IMG/VR virus record: IMGVR_UViG_3300038679_000051
Location: 192,001 to 256,000 of that record
Length of the DNA stretch: 64,000 nt
Reading direction: 5' to 3' (one strand)
From: a virus
Lineage: Duplodnaviria; Caudoviricetes
In this document: piece by piece, positions 49,548-59,621 of the stretch
Layout: every line of letters starts with the position of its first letter
Numbering within the stretch: the stretch's first letter is position 1
Notes under the pieces: model-generated
Told to the model about the DNA's origin: nothing
What the model saw: the letters and a program-made list of their open reading frames with translations, nothing else
Databases searched by the model: none
Made by a program: the position numbers and the translations under genes

Positions 49548-50144
49548 ATGATGCAACCAAATCCGCAACACACGCCATTAAATAAGACGGCAATAGACCG
49601 TCAAACTGATTTTCGCAATGACACCGAAAAGGAGAGCAGTCCTCTATCGGTATACCAAGACAATGCTGATGGCGGCATTGCTGAAAACATTGCAGAAGAA
49701 TTCATAAACATTTCCGGTGCGTGGGTCATTATCAAGGTACGTACAAACCACGATGGATATGATGATGTTTGGGATGAGGACGTAGATCCGACATATAAGA
49801 ATGGTTTCAAAACTAAGGCATACTTCAAGACGGAACCATTACAGACGGAATTGACTAAGTGGGGTGTCGACGTTCCAAATAAAACGACCATTACGTTTCC
49901 GCGTGCGAAGATTTATCACCAATTCGGGAATAGAATGTTGCGGGCTGGCGATCTCATAGACGTGCCATATGGTGCGATCATCAACGTGCCGAAACAATTG
50001 GTAGATACGTCGGCTTTACATTTGGTTCAATATCGAGTATTGAACACCTACGAGACTGGGAATTTCAAATATCGATGGTTGTATTTGAATTGTGATGCTG
50101 AGGTAATAACTGGCGACATGACTGTACGCAAAGATACTTTCTAA
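49548..50144 (+). CDS. Head closure/neck protein (T4 gp14-like)
   Basis: EEFINISG...VWDED...ELTKWGVD...AGDLIDVP...YRV. Confidence 0.7.
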   Translation: MMQPNPQHTPLNKTAIDRQTDFRNDTEKESSPLSVYQDNADGGIAENIAEEFINISGAWVIIKVRTNHDGYDDVWDEDVDPTYKNGFKTKAYFKTEPLQTELTKWGVDVPNKTTITFPRAKIYHQFGNRMLRAGDLIDVPYGAIINVPKQLVDTSALHLVQYRVLNTYETGNFKYRWLYLNCDAEVITGDMTVRKDTF

Positions 50145-50344
50145 GTATTTAAACAGATGGAGAGTGATATGCCATATCAGCGTTGAAGAAGAAATGGCGT
50201 GATCCAATTTATAGACATAAAATTTCGTCTATTAAACATGATTCAGACCGTACGTAAGGACAATTTCTAAACATGTAATTAATATCATCATTTAAATATA
50301 AAATATGATTCATTTTAATGGCTCATTTTTAAAGGAGAAATACG

Positions 50345-50908
50345 ATGAGAATAAATTCGATGGTTGGTCGATTTGCTGGCACAATTACGTTCACTGATGG
50401 GACCATTGAAGTCTTTCACACACAAGGTGAATGGGACGTCAACGGCATAAGTCGGGCCTGGAGTATTGATGAAAACGAATCTAAAGAAGCATTGAAACAA
50501 GTAAATTGGCATTTAAATCCGAATTATCCACCAGATGGACCACAATATCCATATAAAACTGGGGTTGATTTATTTAACATTATGAATGGTTTGTTTCCAT
50601 TTGCTGGATGTGTTTGGGCCAATACACATCCAGCTGCGCAAAAAATTATTTCTGACATGACTTCTCGTTTGGATTTGACATTGGCGCGTGACGACAATAA
50701 AACTTATCAAGTTGCTGCCGTCATATATAAATTTCCGAACGTCATTTTGGAAGGGTTGCCTTTTGCGACGCATCCACCACAATCATTGGTGTCGGTGTCA
50801 TCGGTTGCTGATAGAAGTTCCATGACGGATGCCACCAATCTTGCTGCTGTTAAAGTATTGATTCGTACTGCTTTTAACGTCATCATGGAGACCGTTACGG
50901 TTTCATAA
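50345..50908 (+). CDS. Hypothetical protein
   Basis: 187-aa ORF, AAAGGAG RBS. Confidence 0.65.
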   Translation: MRINSMVGRFAGTITFTDGTIEVFHTQGEWDVNGISRAWSIDENESKEALKQVNWHLNPNYPPDGPQYPYKTGVDLFNIMNGLFPFAGCVWANTHPAAQKIISDMTSRLDLTLARDDNKTYQVAAVIYKFPNVILEGLPFATHPPQSLVSVSSVADRSSMTDATNLAAVKVLIRTAFNVIMETVTVS

Positions 50909-52462
50909 TTTTGCTAAATATCCTTCTGGGTGACCAGACAAATCTTTGATTCCACCATTTTCAACGATTGATTTGAATTGTTCACGGAACACGAAGTATA
51001 GACGAATGACGCCGGATGGTTGTTCTTTCCAATCTTCAATTTTTAACACATCATCTGCTAATTCCTGTGTGATTTTCGCGCCAGCACCAACCGATACTGT
51101 TTGCATCACTGAGACGTCGTTGCCGACTGCCTCGCCGTCATATGACATCGTATATACATCACAGACACTGATGTTGCGAGCACCAATAGGCCCTGTGCAT
51201 CCTGTCGTATATACATCACAGACACTGATGTTGCGAGCACCAATAGGCCCTGTGCATCCTGTTGGACCCGATGGACCCGATGGACCAAAAAACGAACGTT
51301 CGATGTTGTTCTGTCTACGTGTCTTTGGTTCGAAGAAAGCAAAACCAAATGCTGGAACAGTGTTGTGTTTACTAATGATGAGAGAGGCTATGTCCTTCTG
51401 TTCGTCTTTAGTGAAGAAGAATTGTCGCACCACACCGTTTGGCAATCTAAAACCATCAAGCCATAAATTGTCTGGATGAGCAACATATGATTTTGATGGC
51501 CATTTGTGACCACATTCCTCACACAATCTACCCTCTTTGAATTTCGTCTTATGGACTGGACATTCATTTTTATATTGTTCCAATTCTAGTTTTTCAAATT
51601 TTTGGCCGGTAATTGGATTCATGCCCTTGATACTGGGGAGAACGGCGACGTTTAGGGCATCATTCTCAGTCCAATCAAACCATAAACCAAAATCAGGATC
51701 GACTGGACAGACATAACAACCTTCACCGCGCATCCATTCTTGTGGACAACCTGGCAGAGCGTCAACTGGAAACACTGGGACTGGTGCTCCTGGTGGTAAA
51801 GCATTGCTTTCATTGTCGGTCAACAATGGTGCTCGCATCAACCTAGCCGTGAAATTGCCGACTTTCATCTTTCTGACATAACCGGATTTGGCTATAGGAA
51901 CGGCGTAATTAATGCCGTTTCTTTCACGAATGCGCGTGATCTGGTCGTTGATCATTTGTACGCTGTTGGCATAATTGTTGGTATCCACGCCGTAGATCAT
52001 ACCAAACCCCAATTTAGAGGCCATTTGCATTGCTCGTTGTCTAGTCGTAGTATTTGCAGCAATCATATATAGAAATTCCCAACCGATGACTTCCTTCTCC
52101 CCCATCAATTTTGCCAATTCATCGGACGTGATTTTGCTCTCGTTTTCCTCACCGTCAGTGAATGCGGCAATAATTATGTGGTCGGCTTTGCTCTTCTCAA
52201 CATGTCTAACGGCGTACGCTACGGCATCCAGCAACGCCGTGCCGCCGTTAGCTTGAAACGTTTGTAAACGTTCCATTTTCGACAAATTCACCCCATCAAT
52301 GACGATTTCTGATTTGTTGCTAAACGTTATGACGTTTACGGTGCAGTCATCGTTGATCTTACGTTGTTCTTCAATCAATTTGTTGATCGAAGCGATTGCC
52401 GTTTCCATTAGACATTGCATCGATCCACTACGATCAATTATCAACGTTAATTCTGTGGACAT
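50903..52462 (-). CDS. vWA-domain protein fused to a C-terminal Zn-containing domain with a short collagen-like tract
   Basis: IIDRSGSM MIDAS, GGTALLDAV, FTDGEENES; LWFDW..KGMNPITG..WLDGF..VVRQF; GPSGPSGPTG. Confidence 0.85.
   Translation of the reverse strand: MSTELTLIIDRSGSMQCLMETAIASINKLIEEQRKINDDCTVNVITFSNKSEIVIDGVNLSKMERLQTFQANGGTALLDAVAYAVRHVEKSKADHIIIAAFTDGEENESKITSDELAKLMGEKEVIGWEFLYMIAANTTTRQRAMQMASKLGFGMIYGVDTNNYANSVQMINDQITRIRERNGINYAVPIAKSGYVRKMKVGNFTARLMRAPLLTDNESNALPPGAPVPVFPVDALPGCPQEWMRGEGCYVCPVDPDFGLWFDWTENDALNVAVLPSIKGMNPITGQKFEKLELEQYKNECPVHKTKFKEGRLCEECGHKWPSKSYVAHPDNLWLDGFRLPNGVVRQFFFTKDEQKDIASLIISKHNTVPAFGFAFFEPKTRRQNNIERSFFGPSGPSGPTGCTGPIGARNISVCDVYTTGCTGPIGARNISVCDVYTMSYDGEAVGNDVSVMQTVSVGAGAKITQELADDVLKIEDWKEQPSGVIRLYFVFREQFKSIVENGGIKDLSGHPEGYLAKL
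51148..51262. repeat. Exact 57-bp tandem duplication (19 aa) inside vWA gene
   Basis: tcgtatatacatcacagacactgatgttgcgagcaccaataggccctgtgcatcctg x2. Confidence 0.95.
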
Positions 52463-52470
52463 GTCGTTTC

Positions 52471-52538
52471 TCCTTTATCCTTTATCCCTTTGTCCTTTAT
52501 CCCTTTGTCCCTTTGTCCCTTTGTCCTTCCTCCCTTTA
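52471..52538 (-). repeat. Short tandem repeat of Shine-Dalgarno-like units (AAAGG(G)AC/T) in vWA 5' UTR
   Basis: Minus strand: ggacaaagggacaaagggacaaagggataaaggacaaagggataaaggataaaggagaaacgacATG. Confidence 0.85.
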
Positions 52539-52967
52539 TAACAAATCCTCACCCTCACCGTCTGAACCAATCGAGCCGCAAGAACCGGTCGCCCCCGTCG
52601 GGCCGGTTGGACCTTGTGCGCCAGTATAACACATTGTATTGGTTTGGAAGTTGCTGCGCCAATGCCATTCATCGAAGAAAATCTTCCTAGAATCATCATA
52701 GGAAAGTTCGACTGTGGTATCGGTAGTGAGAATGAATAAATCTATAAGTTTATGATATTCACCAACATACAAAATTGGGACAGGAAGATTAATGTTGTGC
52801 GAAACCTTCTTGAACTTCTTTGCCAACGTTAATTTTCGTTTCAATACTTCGACCAACAGTTTGTTGTATTTCTTCAACGCTATCTTATAATTCTTGATGT
52901 GGGCTTCCCTGTGTTTCTTCAACGCCTTAAGAATTGCTTGTGTTTCGAACTTTAGATTCATTTCCAT
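52536..52967 (-). CDS. Hypothetical protein with C-terminal collagen-like tail
   Basis: AAAAGGAG RBS; TGAQGPTGPTGATGSCG. Confidence 0.7.
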   Translation of the reverse strand: MEMNLKFETQAILKALKKHREAHIKNYKIALKKYNKLLVEVLKRKLTLAKKFKKVSHNINLPVPILYVGEYHKLIDLFILTTDTTVELSYDDSRKIFFDEWHWRSNFQTNTMCYTGAQGPTGPTGATGSCGSIGSDGEGEDLL

Positions 52968-53151
52968 GTGGTTTCTCCTTTTTATCATTGTATCTAACTG
53001 CGTAACCGGCCTCGCCTTCTATGCGATGCCCGGTTCTTGCCGCATGTCGAGATGCGTTTCTCGGTCCATGTTCATGATCTTGGGTACTCCACTTGCAGTC
53101 CTGGCATTCTGCAAGGAAGCGTACCAGAAATTGTCTATGTCTGCGTTTCAT
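52927..53151 (-). CDS. Small Zn-finger-like protein
   Basis: CQDC...H..RTGH; ATG overlaps upstream stop. Confidence 0.5.
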   Translation of the reverse strand: MKRRHRQFLVRFLAECQDCKWSTQDHEHGPRNASRHAARTGHRIEGEAGYAVRYNDKKEKPHGNESKVRNTSNS

Positions 53152-54002
53152 GCGTTCCAATCACGATGCTGGAAGAATGGATCAGCTTTACTGTTCGGCG
53201 TAGAAGATAATTTCCGACGCAATTTCGGTAATCTATCATCTTCTTTAAGCGTTTTAAAGGCTAGATCATTCGATGGTATTCTGATTCGTTCAATACCTTT
53301 CTTGATTAGATCATGAATCCCGACTGCATCTAATTTTGTACCGTTGTTGATGGCTACTCGGACGTAGATGCGATCTTCTTCCGGAAGAATGCTCCAGTCG
53401 TTTAAACACTTTTCACACCAACCATTGACTAAGGCGATGTCTGAATGGATTGGGCATTCTTCAATCCAAATCATTGGGAATTCACCGACGCGACACAATC
53501 GATAGACATGACCTTCGACGTTCATAATGCTTGGTGTGTTACGACGTCGTGCGACGTGCAACATTCTTATGCTGGCATTTACGTTTACCATATCGCCATC
53601 AAATGCAATGAATGGTCTGTCGTTTGATCGTCGTCGTAATTCTGATGCAATTTCCGACGAACAATCAGGGCCATATGCCTCAATTAATTCGTTGTCCTTC
53701 CATTGTGAGACCGGGCGCAGAGTAGACATCACATCGATGATTAGGTTTGATTCTTCTGATTTCTCCACGCCTTTCAGAATTGCCCATCCAGCACAAAATC
53801 TGGCAATTTTTACACCGTGTTTATCGACAAAGATCGCTCTGGCATCACCCTCTTTGGTGGTTCCTGCTTTGAGCATCCGATCATCATCAATGCCGAGTTC
53901 ATTAAGATATGACAAAACATCGGAAACCGACAGTTTCATTGTGTCGGCTGCTTTTGTGATCTCTTGTTCTTTGAAGGGGGTAGACGGGACATGATTACTC
54001 AT
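53148..54002 (-). CDS. Hypothetical protein with CPxH..CExC Zn motif
   Basis: 284 aa; GAGGAG RBS. Confidence 0.7.
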   Translation of the reverse strand: MSNHVPSTPFKEQEITKAADTMKLSVSDVLSYLNELGIDDDRMLKAGTTKEGDARAIFVDKHGVKIARFCAGWAILKGVEKSEESNLIIDVMSTLRPVSQWKDNELIEAYGPDCSSEIASELRRRSNDRPFIAFDGDMVNVNASIRMLHVARRRNTPSIMNVEGHVYRLCRVGEFPMIWIEECPIHSDIALVNGWCEKCLNDWSILPEEDRIYVRVAINNGTKLDAVGIHDLIKKGIERIRIPSNDLAFKTLKEDDRLPKLRRKLSSTPNSKADPFFQHRDWNA

Positions 54003-54137
54003 CTTATTTCTCCTCTCGCTCGCAAACGCCTCATGACTCTGGACTAATCAGCACATCGCCTTTCGTCCGCTCCTATAAATACATACGCATGTCAGGATTA
54101 ATGAAAATTCTGTTGAAAAATAAATTAGGGAGGACAT

Positions 54138-54479
54138 ATGTTTACGCTTAAATTTAATGTCTTAAACATGAAAGAGGTACAACAAAAGATGTTGAAAGCC
54201 GTTGAAGGACACATCTCGAACATGTCACCAATAATTGCGCAAATGGCGCGAGAAGAGATGGAGAAATTATCGAAATTTCCAATGTCAGTGAAGATGAATG
54301 GGAATGCAGCACAAATAAGTCCGATTACCAAGAATGAAAAGGAGTCGGAGGAAGCTGTCGATGAGGCTACCAAGGGGGCCAGTCCGCAATTTATGACGCA
54401 ATTTAAATTTAAAAATAAATCCTGGGTGACGCGAAGTCTCAAGATGAAAATGAAGGATGTCAAACATGGGAATTTATAA
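54138..54479 (+). CDS. Hypothetical protein
   Basis: 113 aa; GGGAGG RBS. Confidence 0.6.
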   Translation: MFTLKFNVLNMKEVQQKMLKAVEGHISNMSPIIAQMAREEMEKLSKFPMSVKMNGNAAQISPITKNEKESEEAVDEATKGASPQFMTQFKFKNKSWVTRSLKMKMKDVKHGNL

Positions 54480-55341
54480 TTTTGAATCAGTCAAACACGT
54501 AACCACACAAATGCCGAAGGCACAGTATGGTTACGTTGAACCAGATCCAATTATCCCGACTGCACCACCACAATTTCCTAGTATGGCTAAGAAAGTGAAC
54601 GTAGTTGGTGACCCCATAAATTCAGCACATTATGAAGATGTCATGCCGGTATATGAACCGGCATATCATTATCTCGACGAGGGAATGAAACGATATTTCA
54701 GTGAAATTAGGATACCGACTAGAGATTCCTATCGTAAAATGTCAGTGAAGATTGCTGGTGGAGATAAGTCAATATTGATATGGAAGAAAGAGTTCGAGAA
54801 TGAACACAGCCGCGTTTCACTGCCCGTAATGTCGATCAATCGAACCGGCGAACAATTCAATCCAATGAAATTCTCACCGCCATATATGCCGATCTCCAGA
54901 AAATTCGCGACGACGGACAAGACTAGATTGCAATTATGCTATCGTCCTACGCCGTCTTTGGTATCATATCAGATGACCATTTGGGCTGAACACAAACGTG
55001 ACGCCGAATATGCGCTATACGACATAAGGACTAGGTTTAATCCATTGGCAGAATTCGTGGCAGATGACAAACAGGCAATTGGTAACGTCATTTTGAAATA
55101 TGATGGCATGGTGGATTCTTCAGACAAGGAAGCTGCTGCCGCTGTAAGAGCCAACGTCCGATATGACATTAATCTGACAGCTGAGGCTTGGTTGTCGTTA
55201 CCCATAAGATTAATGCCATCGGTGCTCGGTCGAGTGACACAATTGGCTGAATTCAGTGGTGAGATCTTCGGCACATTATTTGGTAATAGTTTTCATGATT
55301 ATAAAGAAGCATTATTAGATGATGCTACGGCCACTCTATAA
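54466..55341 (+). CDS. Tail terminator/sheath stabilizer (T4 gp15-like)
   Basis: SLPVMSINR...PTPSLVSYQMTIW..RDAEYALYDIRTRFNP...RYDINL.AEAW. Confidence 0.7.
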   Translation: MGIYNFESVKHVTTQMPKAQYGYVEPDPIIPTAPPQFPSMAKKVNVVGDPINSAHYEDVMPVYEPAYHYLDEGMKRYFSEIRIPTRDSYRKMSVKIAGGDKSILIWKKEFENEHSRVSLPVMSINRTGEQFNPMKFSPPYMPISRKFATTDKTRLQLCYRPTPSLVSYQMTIWAEHKRDAEYALYDIRTRFNPLAEFVADDKQAIGNVILKYDGMVDSSDKEAAAAVRANVRYDINLTAEAWLSLPIRLMPSVLGRVTQLAEFSGEIFGTLFGNSFHDYKEALLDDATATL

Positions 55342-55391
55342 TTGTCCATGTATTTAATTTTGGGTATTTCTAAAAAGAAAAGGAGGATGTA

Positions 55392-55682
55392 ATGGCTACA
55401 CGTCCGATGACACAGAGAGAGATCAAGAAGCAACTGGATGCACAGAAGAAGCTGGATTTCGTAGTAGTATACAATTGTTCAAACCAATTAATAAATTTGC
55501 AAATCGAAAGACAATCTAAGCCGGGTCACAAGAAGCTTGATTTCTTTCATGCGCAACAGAACGTGCAATTATATCCAAAGAAGACCGTGAAACTGCCAAA
55601 ATCAATAACGATGACCGAACAACTCAAAAACCTTCAAGCTAAGGGATTTCTGAAGATATTGGGCCAATCATCAGAAGAATGA
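55392..55682 (+). CDS. Hypothetical basic protein
   Basis: 96 aa; AAGGAGG RBS. Confidence 0.7.
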   Translation: MATRPMTQREIKKQLDAQKKLDFVVVYNCSNQLINLQIERQSKPGHKKLDFFHAQQNVQLYPKKTVKLPKSITMTEQLKNLQAKGFLKILGQSSEE

Positions 55683-55849
55683 ATATGAATATGGAAATGA
55701 AATGCATGATTTGCGGCATGCGAATCAGTGCTGCAAAAGAACAAGAATTGCTCAAAAGAGCACAAAAACAAAAATGGGTCAAATCAGAGGACGGATGGCG
55801 TTGCCCAGCATGTTATCGTATGTCTGAACGACATAAGAAACGAACATGA
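55679..55849 (+). CDS. Small Zn-ribbon protein (56 aa), not in ORF track
   Basis: KCMICG...W...GWRCPAC; ATGA overlap with upstream gene. Confidence 0.6.
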   Translation: MNMNMEMKCMICGMRISAAKEQELLKRAQKQKWVKSEDGWRCPACYRMSERHKKRT

Positions 55850-55913
55850 CCACTGCGCTGCACTGCAATGCGCGGCCAAGCTAACCTTTGTAGTTTTGCA
55901 GGTAGGAGATACA

Positions 55914-56183
55914 ATGGCTGATCCGCTTGAACCGACGTGTGAGGCGTGTGGCGTCCCCTATGTTGAGCACCTTGGGTTGATAGGCACCTGTAACAGGTTA
56001 CAGAGAGCGCTGAAGTTGCTGGAGGAGGTCTGCAGTTGGCATAGGGACCAAGACAGCCAGGACTACAACGAATGCGATAAGGAACCGTGTCAGTTTTGCG
56101 TGTGGGTGTCCGAGTTACGGGCGGGAAACGATAACGTAAAACAGGGGTTAACGTGCCTAAGGCGAAAGCGTCATACAAACTAA
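55914..56183 (+). CDS. Cys-rich small protein in a GC-richer patch
   Basis: AGGAG RBS; CEACG...CQFC. Confidence 0.6.
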   Translation: MADPLEPTCEACGVPYVEHLGLIGTCNRLQRALKLLEEVCSWHRDQDSQDYNECDKEPCQFCVWVSELRAGNDNVKQGLTCLRRKRHTN

Positions 56184-56294
56184 GCGGCTTTATGTGCAGC
56201 GCCGATTTTCATTTTGGGGTCAGGTCCAGGAAGCGCGGTCAGGTGTACGGCAGCCTAGAAAGAAGCAATATTGATTGATCCACAGGTGGATTGA

Positions 56295-56639
56295 ACCACC
56301 AGGTGGTTTCAAAGGAAATGTCAACTTTCCTCATGGTTTCTATCACGTGTGACTAAAATGTTATGGAATGATAAACCATTAATCAAGAAAATCATTACGT
56401 TTGCTGATACGACATATGGTCATGAAGGCACAATTTATAAGGCAGCAAATTGGACGTTGATCGGACAAGTGAAGCCCGATTATTGGTATGTTGATGAACA
56501 TGGTAATCGATTCCACAAGAAAACAATATGGGATCATGCCTCAAAAATGAGTCAAAACGAAGAAGAATATGCCAATTTATATGGATTAAATAAAATTGTT
56601 GGTGGTATGAAACATAGATATGTTATTGATCGACCGTAG
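56295..56639 (+). pseudogene. N-terminally truncated Mom-like GNAT gene
   Basis: LSSWFLSRVTKML..IITFADTTYGHEGTIYKAANW..KPDYWYV..FHKKTIWDHA closely parallels the C-terminus of 47676-49010; in-frame TGA at 56292; no intact N-terminal half. Confidence 0.7.
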
Positions 56640-56736
56640 TTTATATACTTAATGAAATTACACCAGATGCAAATCTAAAGCAAAATTACATTGAAGCAGT
56701 TGTTGAGCTGAAACCACAGAAAAGGAGAACACAAAA

Positions 56737-59610
56737 ATGCCAGTTTACCTCTCTCCGGGCGTATTTCCACGTGAAATCGATCTGAGCGTAATCCCGACTG
56801 CAGTTGGTCCGTTACGCCCAGCGTTTATTGGGACCGCAAAGAAAGGTCCAATGAATGCTCCAACATATGTGACTACGTCACAACAATTTATTGATACGTT
56901 CGGGACGCCATTCCCAGAATCGTTCATGGGGTATGCCGTCTTGGCCTACATGGAAGAGGGTAATCAGGCATACATCCTTCGTGCTGGCGTGGAATGTGAA
57001 GAAGGCCAGGTAGAAGAATTGGCCGACATTTGCATAGATACGAGCGGTGCCAATGGACATGGTTGGGGTCGAATACCAGTATTTACTGGCATTGATTATG
57101 GTAAAATTCGTCTGCGCAGCGTTTCAACTACTGAACCATTGGCATTCCACAGCGCGGCCATAACTGACATTTATTTTAGTGATATGGATGTAACGGTTCC
57201 TACTGCAGCGACTTTGTCATTTGTCGGCGGTGGTTTGTCGGATGCATATGCTGGCGCAATCGATGATTCTTATTTGCTTTTGATCACATCCGCACCAACG
57301 ACTGGTGCGATGATAGCCGGTGCAACATATGAAGTCATACGCAACAGCGATGGCGTGATCATTGCATCTGGCATGTTGTCTGAATCGGTCGTTGGGCAAT
57401 CAGATCCAATTACGTTAGTTGATGGCATGATTTGCAGCATAATCGTTACGTCTGGTGAATTGGACGTACAAGACAGCTTTTCTTTTAATGCCCGACCCGA
57501 CAATAGAAGTTTTGGATTTGCGGTTGATCTCTCACAATCACCGACGGTCAACATCCACAGTTTTAATGATGGCGAATCATTCACTGATGCCGATACGTTC
57601 GTCACTCGTTTCAATGCCATAATCGGCGGTTCTGAGGATTATAAAGCCGTTCATGAAGATGAAATCATTTACATTCGTTCTGACGTTGCGGGTGTCAACA
57701 TTCAAATGCAACATTCTGAAGCTTGGGCTTTGGAAGTTGGTCGCAGTTTGTATGCTTATGACATCCCACGATCATTCTTGATTTCTACTGATGCTGGTCC
57801 ATTCAACATCACTGCCAACAACAACCGAATCAAAATGACGGTAGTGGATGGCGAGCCGGTTCAAGCCACTACGGATTTAGAATTCTCAATCCCAATTGGT
57901 TTGAATTTGACGACCGCACAAGTAGCAGCTGGAATTCAGCCAGGCGGCATCAAGAATGGTTCAAGATTTTTCAATGCATACCCATTGGAAATATCAACTG
58001 GCGTCTATTACGTGGTGATTGAGACGGCAGTAGATCATTGTTATGGGGTATTGAAATTGCAAGCCAATCTGAGCAACGTTCGGACGTTGCGATTTGCTGA
58101 AGAATTGGAAATTCAATATCCATACTATCGGAATTTCCGGACTTATGGTGATAGTCGAGCCATGTTGCCGACGACTGGCGTCATTACGCCATCCGTGCCG
58201 CTCTCATGTGAAATCGACCCATTGTCCGATGATTGTGCACTTGATAGTGCATATTTTGCAGGCATTGTCGGCTGGTTTGTGGCGAAATCCCCCGGCACCT
58301 GGATCGACAGCTATACTCTTGATTTGACGCAGCGACTGACCGGAACCACCAGTGGTGGTTCCGTACAACAAGCTGGACATTTTGACATAACATTGCGTGA
58401 TTTGTCTGGCGTGACCGTTGATCGCGTTGAAGACGTTACATTTGATCCGCGTGATTCACGTTTCGTCGGAAACGTCATCAATGCAGGGTCTACGCTCGGC
58501 GGATTCAATGGCAATGCCTTCATCCAATGGGAATCTCGTCCGTCATTTTTGGCAAACGATCCGCTCGATCCAACGACGTTCGTGGTGCGCGTACCAAGCC
58601 CAGTCAATCGTGGTGCGTTCATTGATGCGGCCAATGGCATACCGACCGATCCAGCTTATTCTAGTGAATTGGATCGCGTGTTCATCGGCAATCCAGCCAA
58701 GGAAAGCGGCATTTATGCCTTCCAGAACCCAGAAGTATTCGACATCAATCTGTTGTTGGTGCCTGGTGCGTCATCTGGTGCGGTCATTGGTCAGATGTTG
58801 CAATTCTGTGAAGCACGTGGTGATGTGCTTTCGATCATTGATCCGCCTTTCGGATTGCGCCCACAACAGGTCGTCGATTGGCACAACGGCATGTTGTTCG
58901 CTGATCTACAGAACAGCATTAATAGTTCGTATGGTGCATTGTATTGGTCCTGGTTGCGGATCTTTGATCAATACAACGGCGGGGACATTTACATACCACC
59001 TAGCGGCCACGTCAGTTCAGTCTTCGCTCGTACGGCTCGTGTAGCGGAACAATGGTTTGCACCCGCTGGTCTTAATCGCGGTCATTTGCTCACGCCGACG
59101 GCAGTTGAATTCAATCCGACGATGGGTGAACGCGATTTGCTCTACGGTTCAGGAAACGCCGTCAACCCAATCGTCAATTTCGTGCAAGACGGCATCACGA
59201 TTTGGGGTCAACGGACGCTTCAACGCCGTCAGAGTGCGTTGGATCGCGTAAACGTCCGAATGTTGTTGATTTACATCAAGAAGAATTTGTCGAGAGCGTT
59301 ACGACAGTTCATCTTTGAGCCGAACGATAGAATTCTCTGGGCACAAGTCCGATCGGTCGTCAATCCATTCTTGGCCGACATTCAGGCACGGCGTGGTTTG
59401 CAAGCGTTCAAAGTGGTGTGCGACGAGACCAACAATACGCCTGAACGGATCGATCGCAATGAGTTGTGGATATCAGTCTTCCTCAAACCCACAAGAGCGG
59501 TGGAATTTATCGTGCTCAACCTTGTCATTCTCAGAACCGAGGCGAGCTTTTCGAGTGAAGAAGTCCTCCAAGCAGGCGGTGTAGTAACGCAACAACCAGC
59601 GTCTGTATAA
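56737..59610 (+). CDS. Tail sheath protein (T4 gp18-like)
   Basis: YLSPGVFPREID, PPSGHV, WFAPAGLNRG, VNPIV, WGQRTL, RVNVRML, FEPND, KPTRAVEFIVL. Confidence 0.97.
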   Translation: MPVYLSPGVFPREIDLSVIPTAVGPLRPAFIGTAKKGPMNAPTYVTTSQQFIDTFGTPFPESFMGYAVLAYMEEGNQAYILRAGVECEEGQVEELADICIDTSGANGHGWGRIPVFTGIDYGKIRLRSVSTTEPLAFHSAAITDIYFSDMDVTVPTAATLSFVGGGLSDAYAGAIDDSYLLLITSAPTTGAMIAGATYEVIRNSDGVIIASGMLSESVVGQSDPITLVDGMICSIIVTSGELDVQDSFSFNARPDNRSFGFAVDLSQSPTVNIHSFNDGESFTDADTFVTRFNAIIGGSEDYKAVHEDEIIYIRSDVAGVNIQMQHSEAWALEVGRSLYAYDIPRSFLISTDAGPFNITANNNRIKMTVVDGEPVQATTDLEFSIPIGLNLTTAQVAAGIQPGGIKNGSRFFNAYPLEISTGVYYVVIETAVDHCYGVLKLQANLSNVRTLRFAEELEIQYPYYRNFRTYGDSRAMLPTTGVITPSVPLSCEIDPLSDDCALDSAYFAGIVGWFVAKSPGTWIDSYTLDLTQRLTGTTSGGSVQQAGHFDITLRDLSGVTVDRVEDVTFDPRDSRFVGNVINAGSTLGGFNGNAFIQWESRPSFLANDPLDPTTFVVRVPSPVNRGAFIDAANGIPTDPAYSSELDRVFIGNPAKESGIYAFQNPEVFDINLLLVPGASSGAVIGQMLQFCEARGDVLSIIDPPFGLRPQQVVDWHNGMLFADLQNSINSSYGALYWSWLRIFDQYNGGDIYIPPSGHVSSVFARTARVAEQWFAPAGLNRGHLLTPTAVEFNPTMGERDLLYGSGNAVNPIVNFVQDGITIWGQRTLQRRQSALDRVNVRMLLIYIKKNLSRALRQFIFEPNDRILWAQVRSVVNPFLADIQARRGLQAFKVVCDETNNTPERIDRNELWISVFLKPTRAVEFIVLNLVILRTEASFSSEEVLQAGGVVTQQPASV

Positions 59611-59621
59611 CATATTTTTAG

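Noticed and set aside
56215-56255. Resemblance to SRP RNA (gtcaggtcc-a-ggaag...cagcc)
   Set aside because: The conserved GGAAGGAAGCAGCC spacing is broken by about 14 nt and no flanking long helix forms.
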